This document shows, piece after piece, positions 40,401 to 52,129 of a stretch of 64,000 nt of DNA (position 1 is the stretch's first letter; every line of letters starts with the position of its first letter). Source of the stretch: Pecten maximus (taxonomy: Eukaryota); NCBI RefSeq assembly GCF_902652985.1, contig NC_047030.1:11780001-11844000 (forward strand), in the 5' to 3' direction. The notes beneath the pieces are model-generated. The model was given only the letters and a program-made list of their open reading frames with translations, was not told where the DNA came from and ran no database searches. A program made the position numbers and the translations under genes.

Positions 40401-41873
40401 CTCATGTTATCTAATGATTTTGAGAAAGAAGTGAAAGTAGAGAAAAGATCAGTTATTCATAGGACTAATAAAGATGCTTCAATGGTGGGTTCCTAGATCC
40501 ATCTGAGATCTTGTGGTAAATAGAATTTCAGGTATTGCATTAGTAATGAGGATTAGACAGAATTTAAATCTTGATCTGTTTGTATTATTGAAGGTGGACA
40601 TTTGAGAATACTAAAAAATACTTAATGGAGAGGGCCTTTATGCATGAGTGGTTTGCTGACAGCGAGTCAAAACGCTACATTACCTGGCCAGGACAGGTAG
40701 GTTTTCCTGATAGGATGATTCAGGGTGTTGAGGAAGAAGAATTGTGACACAGGGGCTTGACATTTTCCTTTGACCCAGAATAAAAAAATTACCCTAAGGG
40801 TCCGAAGGTAATAAGTGATCAAGAGGTCAGATTCTTGGTTTGATTTTTGATAATAAATTATCTTGGGGTTGGACTCTTGGGTTAATTTTTCATTCTGGGT
40901 TGTAGGAACATGTCCAATGCCAGGGTTAAAACTAGTGAACCTTCGGTCTCTAACTTGACACTCTAATGCCGAGGCTAGTAAGGTGACCTGGGCTGGCATT
41001 TGAACTAGTGAACCTTCTGTCTCTAACTGGACACTCTAATGCCGAGACTAGTAAGGTGACCTATACCAGTGACCAATCTTCAATTTATTTTCATTAATTC
41101 TTTTCAGCTGAATTGCTAAAAGCAATGAGTCCATTAATGTTAAATCATGGGACTCTCAGAGTCCCATCAAAATTCTGAGTACAGGATTCCAGACTCACAT
41201 GTAGATTTATCTCTGCTGTACTGTCGATTTCCAGGTAATTAACTAATTAATATTTGTAATATTTCTTCTACTAGGCATGTGCATACAAGATAGGGGAACT
41301 GAAGATCAAGGAACTGAGAAAGAGAGCAGAAAAGGAACTGGGTATGTAAGACGATACTGGGGTATACGGATACCAGTTAGCAAAATGAAAGAAATCAGAA
41401 AAAAATCTCTAGTTGGTGAGACATTCTTATGTGTGTTGTGGTTCATATCTACTACACTTCAGGAAGTAAGCAGAAAAACACCTGCAGAAATCAGTAGTAG
41501 TAGAAGTTTTATTTTATTGTCTTCAGGAGTTGTTCCCTTTTTCAATTTGTTAAAGAAAGTAGTAGCCGCTTGTACCAGCATAATAACAGGGGGCATTTTG
41601 TATTGTACAGATAAAATCTTCATCTACAATAATAGTGTAAAATACTAAATGAGAACTATTCATTTTTTTTTTAAATGTAAAAAGAATATTATTTTTCTAA
41701 TTCCAGGTGATGCTTTTGATGTTCGTGAATTCCACGAAGCTGTTCTACAATGTGGGCCGGTCCCTCTGAATGTACTAGAGGGCATGATCACAGCATTTAT
41801 CAGAGAAAACAAAAACTCCAACAATCAACATGTCTCTAACGATTCCGAAGAAATAAATTCAGACGATTCTTAA
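28424..41873 (+). CDS. DUF885-family protein (putative zinc metallopeptidase), 17 exons, 612 aa
   Basis: Exons 28424-28464, 29750-29903, 30453-30583, 31109-31238, 32270-32338, 32642-32757, 33545-33629, 34126-34380, 35071-35165, 35486-35602, 36746-36806, 37634-37744, 38237-38301, 39696-39767, 40594-40696, 41275-41341, 41707-41873; GT-AG, in frame (1839 nt). Motifs VHNLGLQEVERI, DGSRPGIYYVN, LSLHEGEPGHHLQ, AYIEGWGLYCE, RAARLVVDTGLH, RYITWPGQACAYKIG, FDVREFHEAVLQCGPVPL. Exon 1 is the least certain. Confidence 0.9.
30273..30463 (+). repeat. Triple 62-bp tandem duplication containing the exon-3 splice acceptor
   Basis: TTTTATACC(C/A)TACAG|ACCACAGTTGA with AG at 30327-28, 30389-90 and 30451-52. 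Confidence 0.9.
31400..31760. repeat. Degenerate ~29-bp tandem repeat
   Basis: GTACCAGGTGACCTCTATTTCATTGACCT-like units. Confidence 0.75.
31887..32250. repeat. 22-bp minisatellite just upstream of the exon-5 acceptor
   Basis: CTCCCTGACCATCTG(T/C)TCTGTA, ~16 copies; explains ORFs 31866-32276. Confidence 0.95.
33205..33391. mobile_element. 187-bp MITE with 5-bp TSD (hAT5-like)
   Basis: CAGGGCTTTTTCT...AGAAAAAGCACTG termini; ATTGA on both sides (33200-04, 33392-96). Confidence 0.75.
34585..34840 (+). pseudogene. Decayed 3' fragment of a LINE ORF2
   Basis: NWPPLNLRSLQFRLILFY and TITQWNLLP...DAFK resemble the LxWxxLxxRR..RL..FY and TIxxWNxLP motifs C-terminal to CR1-type RT. Confidence 0.5.
35589..36525. 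repeat. 40-bp (2 x 20 bp) minisatellite seeded at the exon-10 splice donor
   Basis: First 20-mer CATGTCACAGACAC|GTAAGT spans the exon/intron junction; array unit CATGTCATACATACCTAAGTCATATCAGAGACATGTAAGT. Confidence 0.93.
37130..37590. repeat. Degenerate ~62-bp tandem repeat
   Basis: GCAGGCCCTTTAGGCCTCTTGTTTGAGGGATCAGATT-like units, ~7 copies. Confidence 0.8.
39129..39616 (+). mobile_element. Non-autonomous Helentron-associated element (HINE/DINE-1-like)
   Basis: 5' TTTATACCCCCGCAA...GGGGTATA subterminal inverted repeat, (GTCC)n/(GTCT)n microsatellite, two ~180-bp internal repeats, 3' TTGCGGGGGTAT plus short hairpin. Confidence 0.75.
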
Positions 41874-43009
41874 ATGAATAAATATGATCAGCTGCATCTT
41901 GATATTCTCCGAGTGAAATATCAGTACAATCCAAATGGCATACACTCTCCAGCATTTAAACTGTGTATGAATACCTGCCCTTTTTATAGATTTATGTTAA
42001 ACAGGTAACTTGAGTTAAGGATACGATACTCTATAGTTATTAAATTTCGCAGGGTAATTATTTCGTGGATGTCCCAGGTGACCTAAATTTCACACATCCT
42101 CGCCTTGTAAGCATTTTGAAGTATTCAAACACTTCTACACATTTGTACAAAATGTATATATAAATGTTTGCTGCATATTTATTTTTGTGCTATATTTAAT
42201 GGTTGTGAATATAGTAACTTAAACCCCCTGCAATTTTTACCAACTATACAGTAAATATATATGTATCTGTCAAATCCAACTTATATGCTAGTCGAAATGA
42301 TCTTTATGTTAATTGAAAAGAATATACCTTATTATTTGATTGTATCATTTACATACTTGTCGACATGGAAAACATCAATCTCTAATTTATAGTCGCCTAT
42401 CCATTCATGTTTTTTCTGTAATAATAAATTTTCACATTTGTTCCGATAGTCTTCTGTTTTATTTTGAAAGAACTACATTTGTCATCCAAAAAATATACCA
42501 GGTACATGATCATCTGTTTTTGTGTGGAGGCGGCCATTTTGTACTTTCTCACAAGTATGTCTGCCATACTACTCATTAAAATACCATGAAACACATACAA
42601 ACATAGTGAGGTTACATATTACTTTTCTTTCACACACCGAATCTTAAAGGAAACAACATTTGAAAGATACGTGAATAAAGTAAATTGCAATTTTTTAAGA
42701 AGGTACTCATAAGCAGAAGAATATCAAAATCTACAGACATTGATCATTTTTAACTCTTCGGGACGAAGTCCAGGGAGCTATTGCTATAATCCAGCAGTAG
42801 TGTTCATAAACAGCTAGGTCAGGTATTTCACATGTGTGTTCCTTCTGACACAGACATGTTCACTTTGACTGTGACCTTCGGCCTATTTTTAAAATCTTTA
42901 ACCTTTGCCCCAGTATATTAACTACACAAGATAGGGCTTTCACATTGAACATGTGTTCCTTGTCACAAGATCCTTCCATTGGTATGACAACTGCATACCT
43001 GCTGACCTC

Positions 43010-43176
43010 GACTGTGATCTCCGAATCCTTTTTAAAAACTTTAACCTTGTTAACAGTATATGACACTGTGATCTCCGAATCCTTTTTAAAAACTTTAACC
43101 TTGTTAACAGTATATGACACTGTGATCTCCGAATCCTTTTTAAAAACTTTAACCTTGTTAACAGTATATGACACTG
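43010..43176. repeat. 54-bp tandem triplication within a degenerate interspersed repeat
   Basis: ACTGTGATCTCCGAATCCTTTTTAAAAACTTTAACCTTGTTAACAGTATATGAC x3. Confidence 0.9.
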
Positions 43177-43549
43177 TAAGTGTTAGAGACAGGGATTCCA
43201 TATTTATCTAAATATCTCCCTTAAGGATATATGCTGCCGTCCTCATTACACCTGTGATTTTGTGTGCTATATGTACCATTCTCATTCTACCTGTTATTTG
43301 TGTCCGGCTCTCCACTACCTCAAGTACATATACATGTACCTGTGATTTGTGTTGAATTATCTCCCCTAAGGATACAAAAATGCTACCTTCATATTATAAA
43401 TGTGTTAATGTTATAGTCTTTCACATTACAACTGAGATTTTTGTCAAAGCTATTAATATGCTAATTTACCTATTGTTTTGAGTTTTGAGTTATTTCTCTT
43501 GAGCATAAATTGTAGTTATCTCCCTTTTTAGTTATCTCTCTGCCTTGGT

Positions 43550-44063
43550 GCAGTGTCACCGTGTCTGTCATCTATCTGCCATCAAATTTTTATTCAAACA
43601 ATTTCTTCTCAAGAGCAAATACATGTAGACCCATAGTTCTGATATTGGGCCTGTATCATGCTGGGATGAAGGGATACAAAGTTTGTTCAAATGAATGACC
43701 TTAACCTTTATTCAAAGTCACTGGGCCTAGGGAATTTATATTAGGCATGTAGCATGCTAGTGTAAAGGGCTACAAAGTTTGATAAAAAAAAAATGACCTG
43801 GGCCTACATTCAAGGTCTTGGGGTTCAAATATGTTAAAATCTTGAAACAACTCAATAACCAAGAAGCTCAGGGACCTGATAATGCACCGGTGGCATGCTA
43901 TGATAAATTGCTACTAAGTTTGTTCAAATAAATGACCATGATCTACGTTCAAGGTTACTGGGCTAAAAACAATGTCTTCCAAATATTCAGGAGGGCAATA
44001 CAAAACAATAGAATGCAGGATATTGCATTTATCTGCTAAAATTCTGACCCCTAGTAATTTGGG

Positions 44064-44098
<35 letters not shown>

Positions 44099-44180
44099 TT
44101 GATATAGATGTTTCTTCTTAAGCTCACTTCTAAGACTAATGCTAGGTGAGCCATGGTGCATACTCGTTGGGCCTCTTTTT
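43550..44180 (+). mobile_element. Degenerate Helentron/HINE-type element, same family as 52130-54152
   Basis: Shared CATGCTGGGATGAAGGG..ACAAAGTTTGTTCAAATGAATGACCTT units and 3' AGGTGAG...TTGGGCCTCTT end. Confidence 0.6.
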
Positions 44181-44550
44181 ATATTGCATGTTGTTATTTT
44201 TCTCCTTTGTGGAGTCGGTTTACATTATAATTAGCATATTTCGGTAAAATTCCTCAATCAAATACAGCCGTAATATTAACATATTTATTACTAGTAAAAT
44301 AGATGAAAACAACATTACACAGTAGATACAATTTCGCTGGTGTTTGCAGGACTTACTTCAGTGACCATCATAGTATGTATTAGTTTTAGAAAATGTATAC
44401 TTTACCGACTGGTCAGCCATTCTGCTGTTTGTTGAGAATATGTCTTCAGTTGAATTAAAGTGGATCACGTTATAAAGTCTAAAAAATTCTGAAAGACAAA
44501 AACAATAACTTCTTTCCATCAAAATATCCTAGTCATTGTTCAATTATTAA

Positions 44551-47500
44551 CCCTTGTGGTGCTGAATTGTCTTCCATTAGGATGGCATTAAGTGCTGATT
44601 TGTTTCAAAAACAATTTTTTACAAACCGTTTTTTTTTCTTCCTGCTAAAATATCAAGAATGATCCAAATGATGTATTCCAGACATTCAATGGCGGTTTGA
44701 ATATCAATTTTATGAAAAAATTAGCACTTCATCTGCTAAGCCTGAAAAAGTGCAAACTTCACATGAAAAAACAACAAAAGTCCAATAAACACAATTAAAA
44801 ATATTATTTAATTCTTTAAGATATCTTTTATCTATATGAGTACACAATATATATCTTTTATTTTATCAATAACAATAATTATAACTGAAATGATTAATGG
44901 AATCTGAAATGTTATCACTCAAGGGAGATAATTTGAAATTATTTTACTCAAGGGAGATAATCTTAAATTTTGTTACTGAAAAGAAATGACCAATGTCCTA
45001 TCCAGGAAGTTGCATTTCACAGCGTTTTCAGCTACAAGAGCTATTACTCCTCCTCCTGTCTCCTCTGACGCTTGTAGGCAAGCACAAATTCTGCAGTTGT
45101 ATGGAATAGCTCAAAGCAGGGTTCAACACACAGAGCTACCTGACACTGCTTGCACTGAAAACATGTCGTCCTCCCACAAGATTTCGGCACTGTCTCACCA
45201 GGATGCTGGGACCTGAACAAATCGGTCTCTGCTGGACCGCAGACAATACATTTCCTGCTGGCATGGGCTTTCCTTCCTGTTGATGGAGAGTAGCCAATGA
45301 AATGCCGCGCTGTCAACCTCTGAAGCACTTCAGCAGATTGCCTCCTCCTCCCCTTTTGCTGTGGGCCTATGGATTAGAAACATATATATGATTATTTACG
45401 CATGCAATGATTATAATGAAGATTATCATAATTTGTCTCTTAAAATGTTACACTGAATCAGTATAAATGTACACAATTCAATGTAAGTTGAAACTAAACC
45501 TATTATTTAATAAAGAATACTGTTGAACTTTGATCATAATCTAGTTATTTCATCTGGTATAAATTGAACTTTATATAGTTCATATAATGAAATACATGTT
45601 ATACAGAGTGTAAATATAAGTTTATGAGATATATATATATATATATACGTGTATATACACGTCTTTTTATATATTTGTGTGTGTGTGTGTGTCCATATAC
45701 GTGTATATCAATGAATCCTTAAATCTGACATTACCTTATGGTAATACAAATCACAAAACTTTTTTGTAGAGTTACAATGTAACTAAAGTTAATTTAGAAG
45801 ACAGCACTATTTCAAAACTTACCAGAGATCTCAGCAGCAGAGACCAGTTGACTCACAAGCTGTCGTCTGAAAATCCTGTGCAATACTGGGTTGGCTGTCT
45901 GTTGTTTGTACAAGATGTACGAGTTGAGCACTGCAAGACCAAGCATGTGGAAGAAGACCTTTTTCCACCATTTTAGTGTCCTTCTGTCAAATCCAGCATA
46001 TGCCACCATCTGGTCACATCTGTCTACTGCACCCATGTTGTGGTTGTAATCTAACACACAGTCTGGCTTGGCAATCAAGTTCCCCTCTGAATCTCTCTTT
46101 GCAGTGTTGACCATTTTTCCTAAATAGCAGCAATATGGAGAATATTTTAACAAAGTTTGATAAATTTATTGTTTCATTGAAATTTTATAACAGGTCAAAT
46201 AATAACGTCTTATGATAAAATTACCATAATGATATCAATAACTTAATATTGGAATCAACATAGAGATATTTCATAGTTCAGAGGGAGCTCAAAGTAATGT
46301 CAGTAATATTACCAGAAAATTAGTAAAATAATGCACATGTAGCAGACCTTACTTGTAATACTTGTAGCATTATTCATTCATCACAGAGTTTCAATATAAG
46401 CAAAATGCGATTATATAAATATGAAATTGATCAAATATTTGAAAAGTTACAAATCAATAGTATACCATTGATAAAGGTTTGCAGACATCAACAATGTAAT
46501 CCAAAAAGAAATACAGATCATAGGCCAAAAGCGTGATGTATATTAAGTCAAAAACTGTATTGCACAAGAGTGTATTCATGATATAAATTCATAAGCAATT
46601 TCTGAATAGGTACATACCTTCATGGATTGTTGTTAGGAGACAGACTTCTTTTTTATCGGAAAACTTCACTGCCACTAAAGTTCCATTGTTGAATGCCATC
46701 ATCTGGCCTTTGCATGGATGAGCATTTTTCATCTTGTCTGGAACTCCTCTCCGATTGCTGCGTAACGTTCCACAAGCAAGGGTACCATTAAGCCACAGGT
46801 TATAAAATAGTGCTGGACTGCTGAAGTAATTGTCCATATAAATCTTGTAACCTTTCAAAAGGTATGGTTCGGCCAGCCGCATAACAAGATCATAAGTCAC
46901 CCCGTACTCGCTGACTTCTGATGGACGACCAGTATACAGCTCCACTCGCGAACAATATCCATTCTTAGAGTCACAGAGCATGTAAAGCTTTATTCCGTAC
47001 TTGATTGGTTTGTCCGGACTATACACCCTAAACTTCAAATTTCCCCTCCAAGCAATCATTCCCTCATCTACTGCTACACACTGACTAGGATTGTAGACTT
47101 CCTGGAATCTCTGAAGAAGCTCTTGGTAGGGAGAACCAAGTTTTTGAAGAGGAGTATAACCTTCCTCGCCACGGGGAACAGCCAAAGTGTTGTTGGACAA
47201 GTGCAAGAAACTCATGATCGACAGGAACCTATCACGGGGCATCACAGAAGAAAAAAATGGCGTACTTACTACAGGGTCAGTGCACCAATAGTCCTGCATG
47301 TTAATCTGCTTTATAATTCCCATTGCAATTGCCACTGCTATAAAAGCCTTCATCTCACCATGGGTCACTGGAGTCCATTTCTTGAAGCGGGAGTGCTGAG
47401 TAGGCTCTGGATGTCCTTGGATATAAATGTTGGCATACCTGTTGGTTTCAGTGACAATTTTATCCAGAATACCGTCTGTGAAAACCGCTTCAAAGTAGTC

Positions 47501-48536
47501 AAGAATGGATAATGATCCAGTCTCTGGCTCAGGCAAGTTCTTAGGTCCAGCATTCCCCGTGAATGTAAACCCCATGGGAGTTTTACCGCCTTCTATCCAG
47601 GTATCTTCAGCAAATAACCCCAATAAATCGCCGTCGTTATTCTCCTCATCAATATCGAACCCGTCAAACTCATCGCTATCTTCATCATCAAATATTTCGT
47701 CAAATAACTCTTGAAACTCTGGTAAGACTTGACCGATCGTAAAGTTGCCTGCCATGTTGTTTACATCTGCGACGAGCACTTCCGGTGTTTGGTCAAAGTG
47801 AAAGTCGAGATAAATTCGTCTGGTTTTAGCATGATTCTTACGCTTTATTTCAAACGCCAGTGATGGTAAATGACAACACCAATACAAATATCATATTTCA
47901 GTGATTTAATATCCATGTATTCCGCCGAAGACAACAGGACATCGAATTTAATTAACCGATTGACTAAGAAGTCAATGACTGCGCATGACATTACTTCAGG
48001 ACGACTATTAGCTTCGATCTTTTTTACTTGTCTGTAAACAACGACAATAAGATCGAATTAAAACGTAAATAAAATCACGAAGAACATCGATAGACTCCGT
48101 GTTATTGTACATACCTCAATTCTTGTTTGTAAATTAGCCGAGAAATAGCATTATTCCTTATAGTAACAGAGCACCTGTTTCCGACATTGGCGGTAAAATT
48201 ACGTCATCTACTTTCACAACCCATGCGCATTCGTCGAAACTTCAAAGCCTTCCGCTGAGCTAAAAATATCGTAGTTGCAGACGAAGCGGAGGATTCCCAG
48301 TGGTTACGTTATGGTTGTTTCAGAACTACGACGTATTGGGCTTTGGTCTTCAGTAACTAAATTTTTAAGATTCTTAGCTTTTAGGCACACGTGAGTCATT
48401 TTTTTAATTTCAGACTCAAACTTGTATTTTTAGCCACCGATATCTGGGGGTTTTCCCATTTTTCTCTGGCGGGTATATATACCCGTTCAGCACCCAACCG
48501 ATGGATCAGATATATACCCGTTCAGCACCACTAGGG
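44551..48536 (-). mobile_element. Full-length piggyBac DNA transposon (3,986 bp)
   Basis: TTAA at 44547-50 and 48537-40; TIRs CCCTTGTGGTGCTGAA / CCCTAGTGGTGCTGAA (15/16); subterminal GTGCTGA repeats at both ends; encloses the transposase gene. Confidence 0.95.
45044..47755 (-). CDS. piggyBac (PGBD4-like) transposase, 3 exons, 585 aa, apparently intact
   Basis: Exons 47755-46618, 46119-45823, 45366-45044 joined by phase-1 GT-AG introns (1758 nt, no internal stop). DDD triad VDEGM / YMDNYFSS / MGAVDRCDQ; WWKKVFF; C-terminal cysteine-rich domain CIVC...CKQC..ALCVEPCFELFH. Confidence 0.92.
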
Positions 48537-49710
48537 TTAAATGTTGATGAAACTTCAAAAGTATTTATATATTATCATTTTTAATTATCAAATTTAAGAG
48601 TCAAGAGTTTTTATGTCCAGATCAATTTATTTTTAGGAATTAGTGACAATTCTGTATCAAATATTTATTTTTTTGTTATAAAATTAATTTGGTTATTATT
48701 AATTGAAAAAAAAAAATAGCCCCTTCTTTTCGATATAGTAGAGTAGGGGATAATTTTTTTTAATTATTTACTAACCAGAAGCGGACGCCTGTGATTATAC
48801 TTACTGCTGTCAAGTTATTACATTAATGCAGGACAAAAATATAGCTATGCGCCGTGATATTGCATTGCCTTACATAGGGACCTGTATTTTTTGTTTTGTT
48901 TTATGATTGTTTCATCTAGGTTGCTAAATCTGTTCAACCAAGTCACAAAATGAAACATATAAATCTTCCGCGATGTTGAAATGGACCCTTTTTGATGACA
49001 ACGAAAACTTGATATGCACTAAGCTTACTGCTCTACAGTATCATAAATACACGTATACAAATGTACTAATCCCTCATCACAACAGGTCCCTGTGTCGGAT
49101 GTATTCCTATCGCGACTACACGTGGGACCGAGGTGATAGTATACAAACCACGTGAGTGATGCACGACAATATTTATATGTCATTGCATTCATTTGAGTTA
49201 CGAATATTGTCACTTCGTTCTCATAACGTCGCAGTTATCATGAAACAACCTACCTTCAGGAGTATTCCTAATTAATTGGTTGCTGTTCGGAACATCTTGA
49301 TGTCTTCATTACTGGGAGGATATTGTTCGACGAGTTCCGAGTGAAGTCATCTGACAATATACGAAACGGACAAAATCCGGATATTTTATGTAACACGAAT
49401 AGTAAAATACGTTTGTATATATATATATTTTATTCTCATTTATAATATCCAATCATTTAACCGATATTTTGTTCGTATGTTACGTTCTGTTCTATTTAGG
49501 TGTTTTGTCCTGAATATACATGTATCTAAGATTGTAATTTTGTTTGATTTGAAAATGATAATTCAGCATACTGTAGCATTTTGGCACTGCTTACAGTTTT
49601 TTATGACTACGAATACAGCGAAAATAAATCATTTGCGAAAATCAATATACCGTAAATATTACCATATTGATAGTTAGGTATAGATAGGCTAATAACTGTT
49701 TCTCAGCTCC

Positions 49711-50510
49711 CAGGGGCGTAGCGCCCATTAGAAAAAAAAGCCCGGGCTTACACATAAAAAATCCTGCCTTTATGTTATGGTCCAACATTTCAAGAAGCCT
49801 CCGAAAAAATTTGATTATTACTTCAAAGTTTTGATTTAATATTACAACCAAATTATTGATAATACCAGAAAATGTACCACTGTGTGCTATATATTATAAA
49901 ATATAGGTCTAGAGCATTCAGGAATAGCTATCACATCGTCTTTATACTGTCACCCCCTGTTTCCGGTTGTATAATGTTGAAAAGTGTATTCAAAATGAAG
50001 AAGGCTTCAAAAATGTGCCCAGGGTCGAAACATTTTTCAAACCCAAGGAAGAAGAACCAGCGACTAAAAAGTTAAACCAGTCTGCTGATAGCTCATTTCC
50101 TTGCCCAAGTAACGTACCACAAACACATGACAAAATCGGACCCTACATGTTCCAACAAAAAATGATTCCAGAAAGGCCCAAATAACCTAGACATGGGATT
50201 TCTTACCCAAATTGAAAATGTCTTTTATTTAGACAGACAATTGTCTTTTGTCTAAACTATAGAAACAAATGAACATTAATTTTATGTTTTTACCGGAAAA
50301 CTTGTAGTTCAGTATAATTTAGAATAACGTAAACATATTTTGAAATTACTATCTCGGAAATCAATTTCACAAACCCTCATAAATCTTTAAATTCATTTTC
50401 CGTCGGGGGGCTTCGCCTCCCAACCCCCTGATCCCCCACCAGGGCTCTGCCCTAGGCCCCACACCCCTCGCCTGGGCTTACACATTTCTGTTGGCCTAGC
50501 TACGCCCCTG
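49711..50510 (+). mobile_element. 800-bp non-autonomous hAT-type element with 5-bp TSD
   Basis: TIR CAGGGGCGTAGC / GCTACGCCCCTG; GCTCC at 49706-10 and 50511-15; possible frameshifted coding remnant at ~49995-50190. Confidence 0.8.
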
Positions 50511-52129
50511 GCTCCCCTTCAATATTTTCAAACACGGACTTCAGAATTCCAACATGATTTACGTTATGTTCAAACTTCACACGATACAGAAAAAGAAATG
50601 ATCCAAGTATCCTAGATTTTTTTAATAACAAATGAAGAGGAAATGATCAGAGATGGACTAATGCGTCCATCAAAAACATATATGCTATGAAATTTTTCCA
50701 CACTTACGAGAATATAGATACGAATAAGGCTCTCTTTTCCCCATTGTTCTGAAATCTTTTCTCTTTTTCCGAAAAGTAAAAATAATTCAATGAATACGTT
50801 TCTTACTTACTGAGGCAAGCAACTTCAAGTCAGGGACAATTTACAGAAACATATATATGTCTCTGCTATTTACGTCTCTGATTAAACATAAACATATTTT
50901 TTTAACATACTACCATTGATTTATCAACTACGGATATGGCTGCCAATATAACATTTAAAAGAAAGAAAAAAAAAAGAAATTTAAAGAAATGATCAAAAAT
51001 ACAATTGTACATGGAGCCAATAAAGTCAAGATAATGTGAAAGGTAATTCAGTAGTTTACTCAAACATAGGTGCGATAACGTACATGTAGCTCTGGACGAC
51101 GGACGGACAATTTCTGACGATGTGGAGAGCATGCAAAGTGTAGGCAGGGTATGAATATTCGTTCTAACTCAAACACAGATCTAGATGTTTTATAAATCAC
51201 GAACATGATGTAGTCAGCCGGGTTGCTTCATTTGATTTCAGAACCTTCTCTGATTATCCTATATATATTTCATCTCCAAAGAAACTATGCCCAGTAAATT
51301 ACTGTACCGAAACTTTGCGCACATTTTTAGTGGTGCCCAATTAATTCACTTATAGAAAGATATATTCTCACTGTAACTTCTTCCTTTACATTGGAGGCAA
51401 GTTTCCGATTTTATTAACACATGACATGAAGACATATCGAACTCGACCGCATAACCTTACTGTCGTGTCTTATATGAGAAAATCGCACGTTAGTTCAAGG
51501 TCTGTACAATCAACCTCACAGTCGTACGTGTGTCTTATATTAGAAAGTTGTGTTGTATATGTATGTCTGTACTCATAAAGTGATTGTCAATACAAGCGGC
51601 CAAAGGTCAATATTACAGAGGAATGATCTTCGACATTACAAAATATAGACAGTTAATATAACTGGCAGAAGCAGACCATGTTATATTTATTGAACGTAAC
51701 TCGAAAATGTTCTCAAATCTTCTGATGCGACATACATGTATTACGGACGGAGTAAAGTGTTGCATATTTTTCTAAGTAAGTGCAAGTTGTACTACAAAAG
51801 TAAAGGTCATCACGGGGAGCCAAAGGTCAAATCAATGCTTTGATGATAGGTGTATATAGTCCAGTCATTTTATAGTAAAAATATGGCTTACCTCACACTG
51901 ATTGCAAAAGAATTTATTTTTGGGTTTCTATTATCTGCAACATGTCTTGCTTAATATTTAAAAAGTCTAAAGCCATCACCGAAAAGGAAGAGTTATTTTT
52001 TCACCTTTAAGTATTGCTTTGAAACTCAAAAAGAAGAGTCCATCAGACCACGCCCAGATCCAGTATACCCCACCTAGACGGTTCCAAATGTATATGGGCA
52101 AGGCGTCAAATTGCCAATACCATAGCTTA

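Noticed and set aside
44067-44098. Poly-C tract (and poly-G near 15807-15829) as functional G-quadruplexes
   Set aside because: Simple homopolymers of unreliable length with no supporting evidence.
47123-47714. Antisense ORFs within the transposases and RT (also 60049-60327, 62351-62578)
   Set aside because: Shadow frames of real coding sequence with no recognisable motifs.
47756-47887. N-terminal extension of the piggyBac ORF in the supplied track
   Set aside because: Begins at a non-ATG codon; ATG 47755 in AAC-ATG-G context before the acidic N-terminus is the more plausible start.
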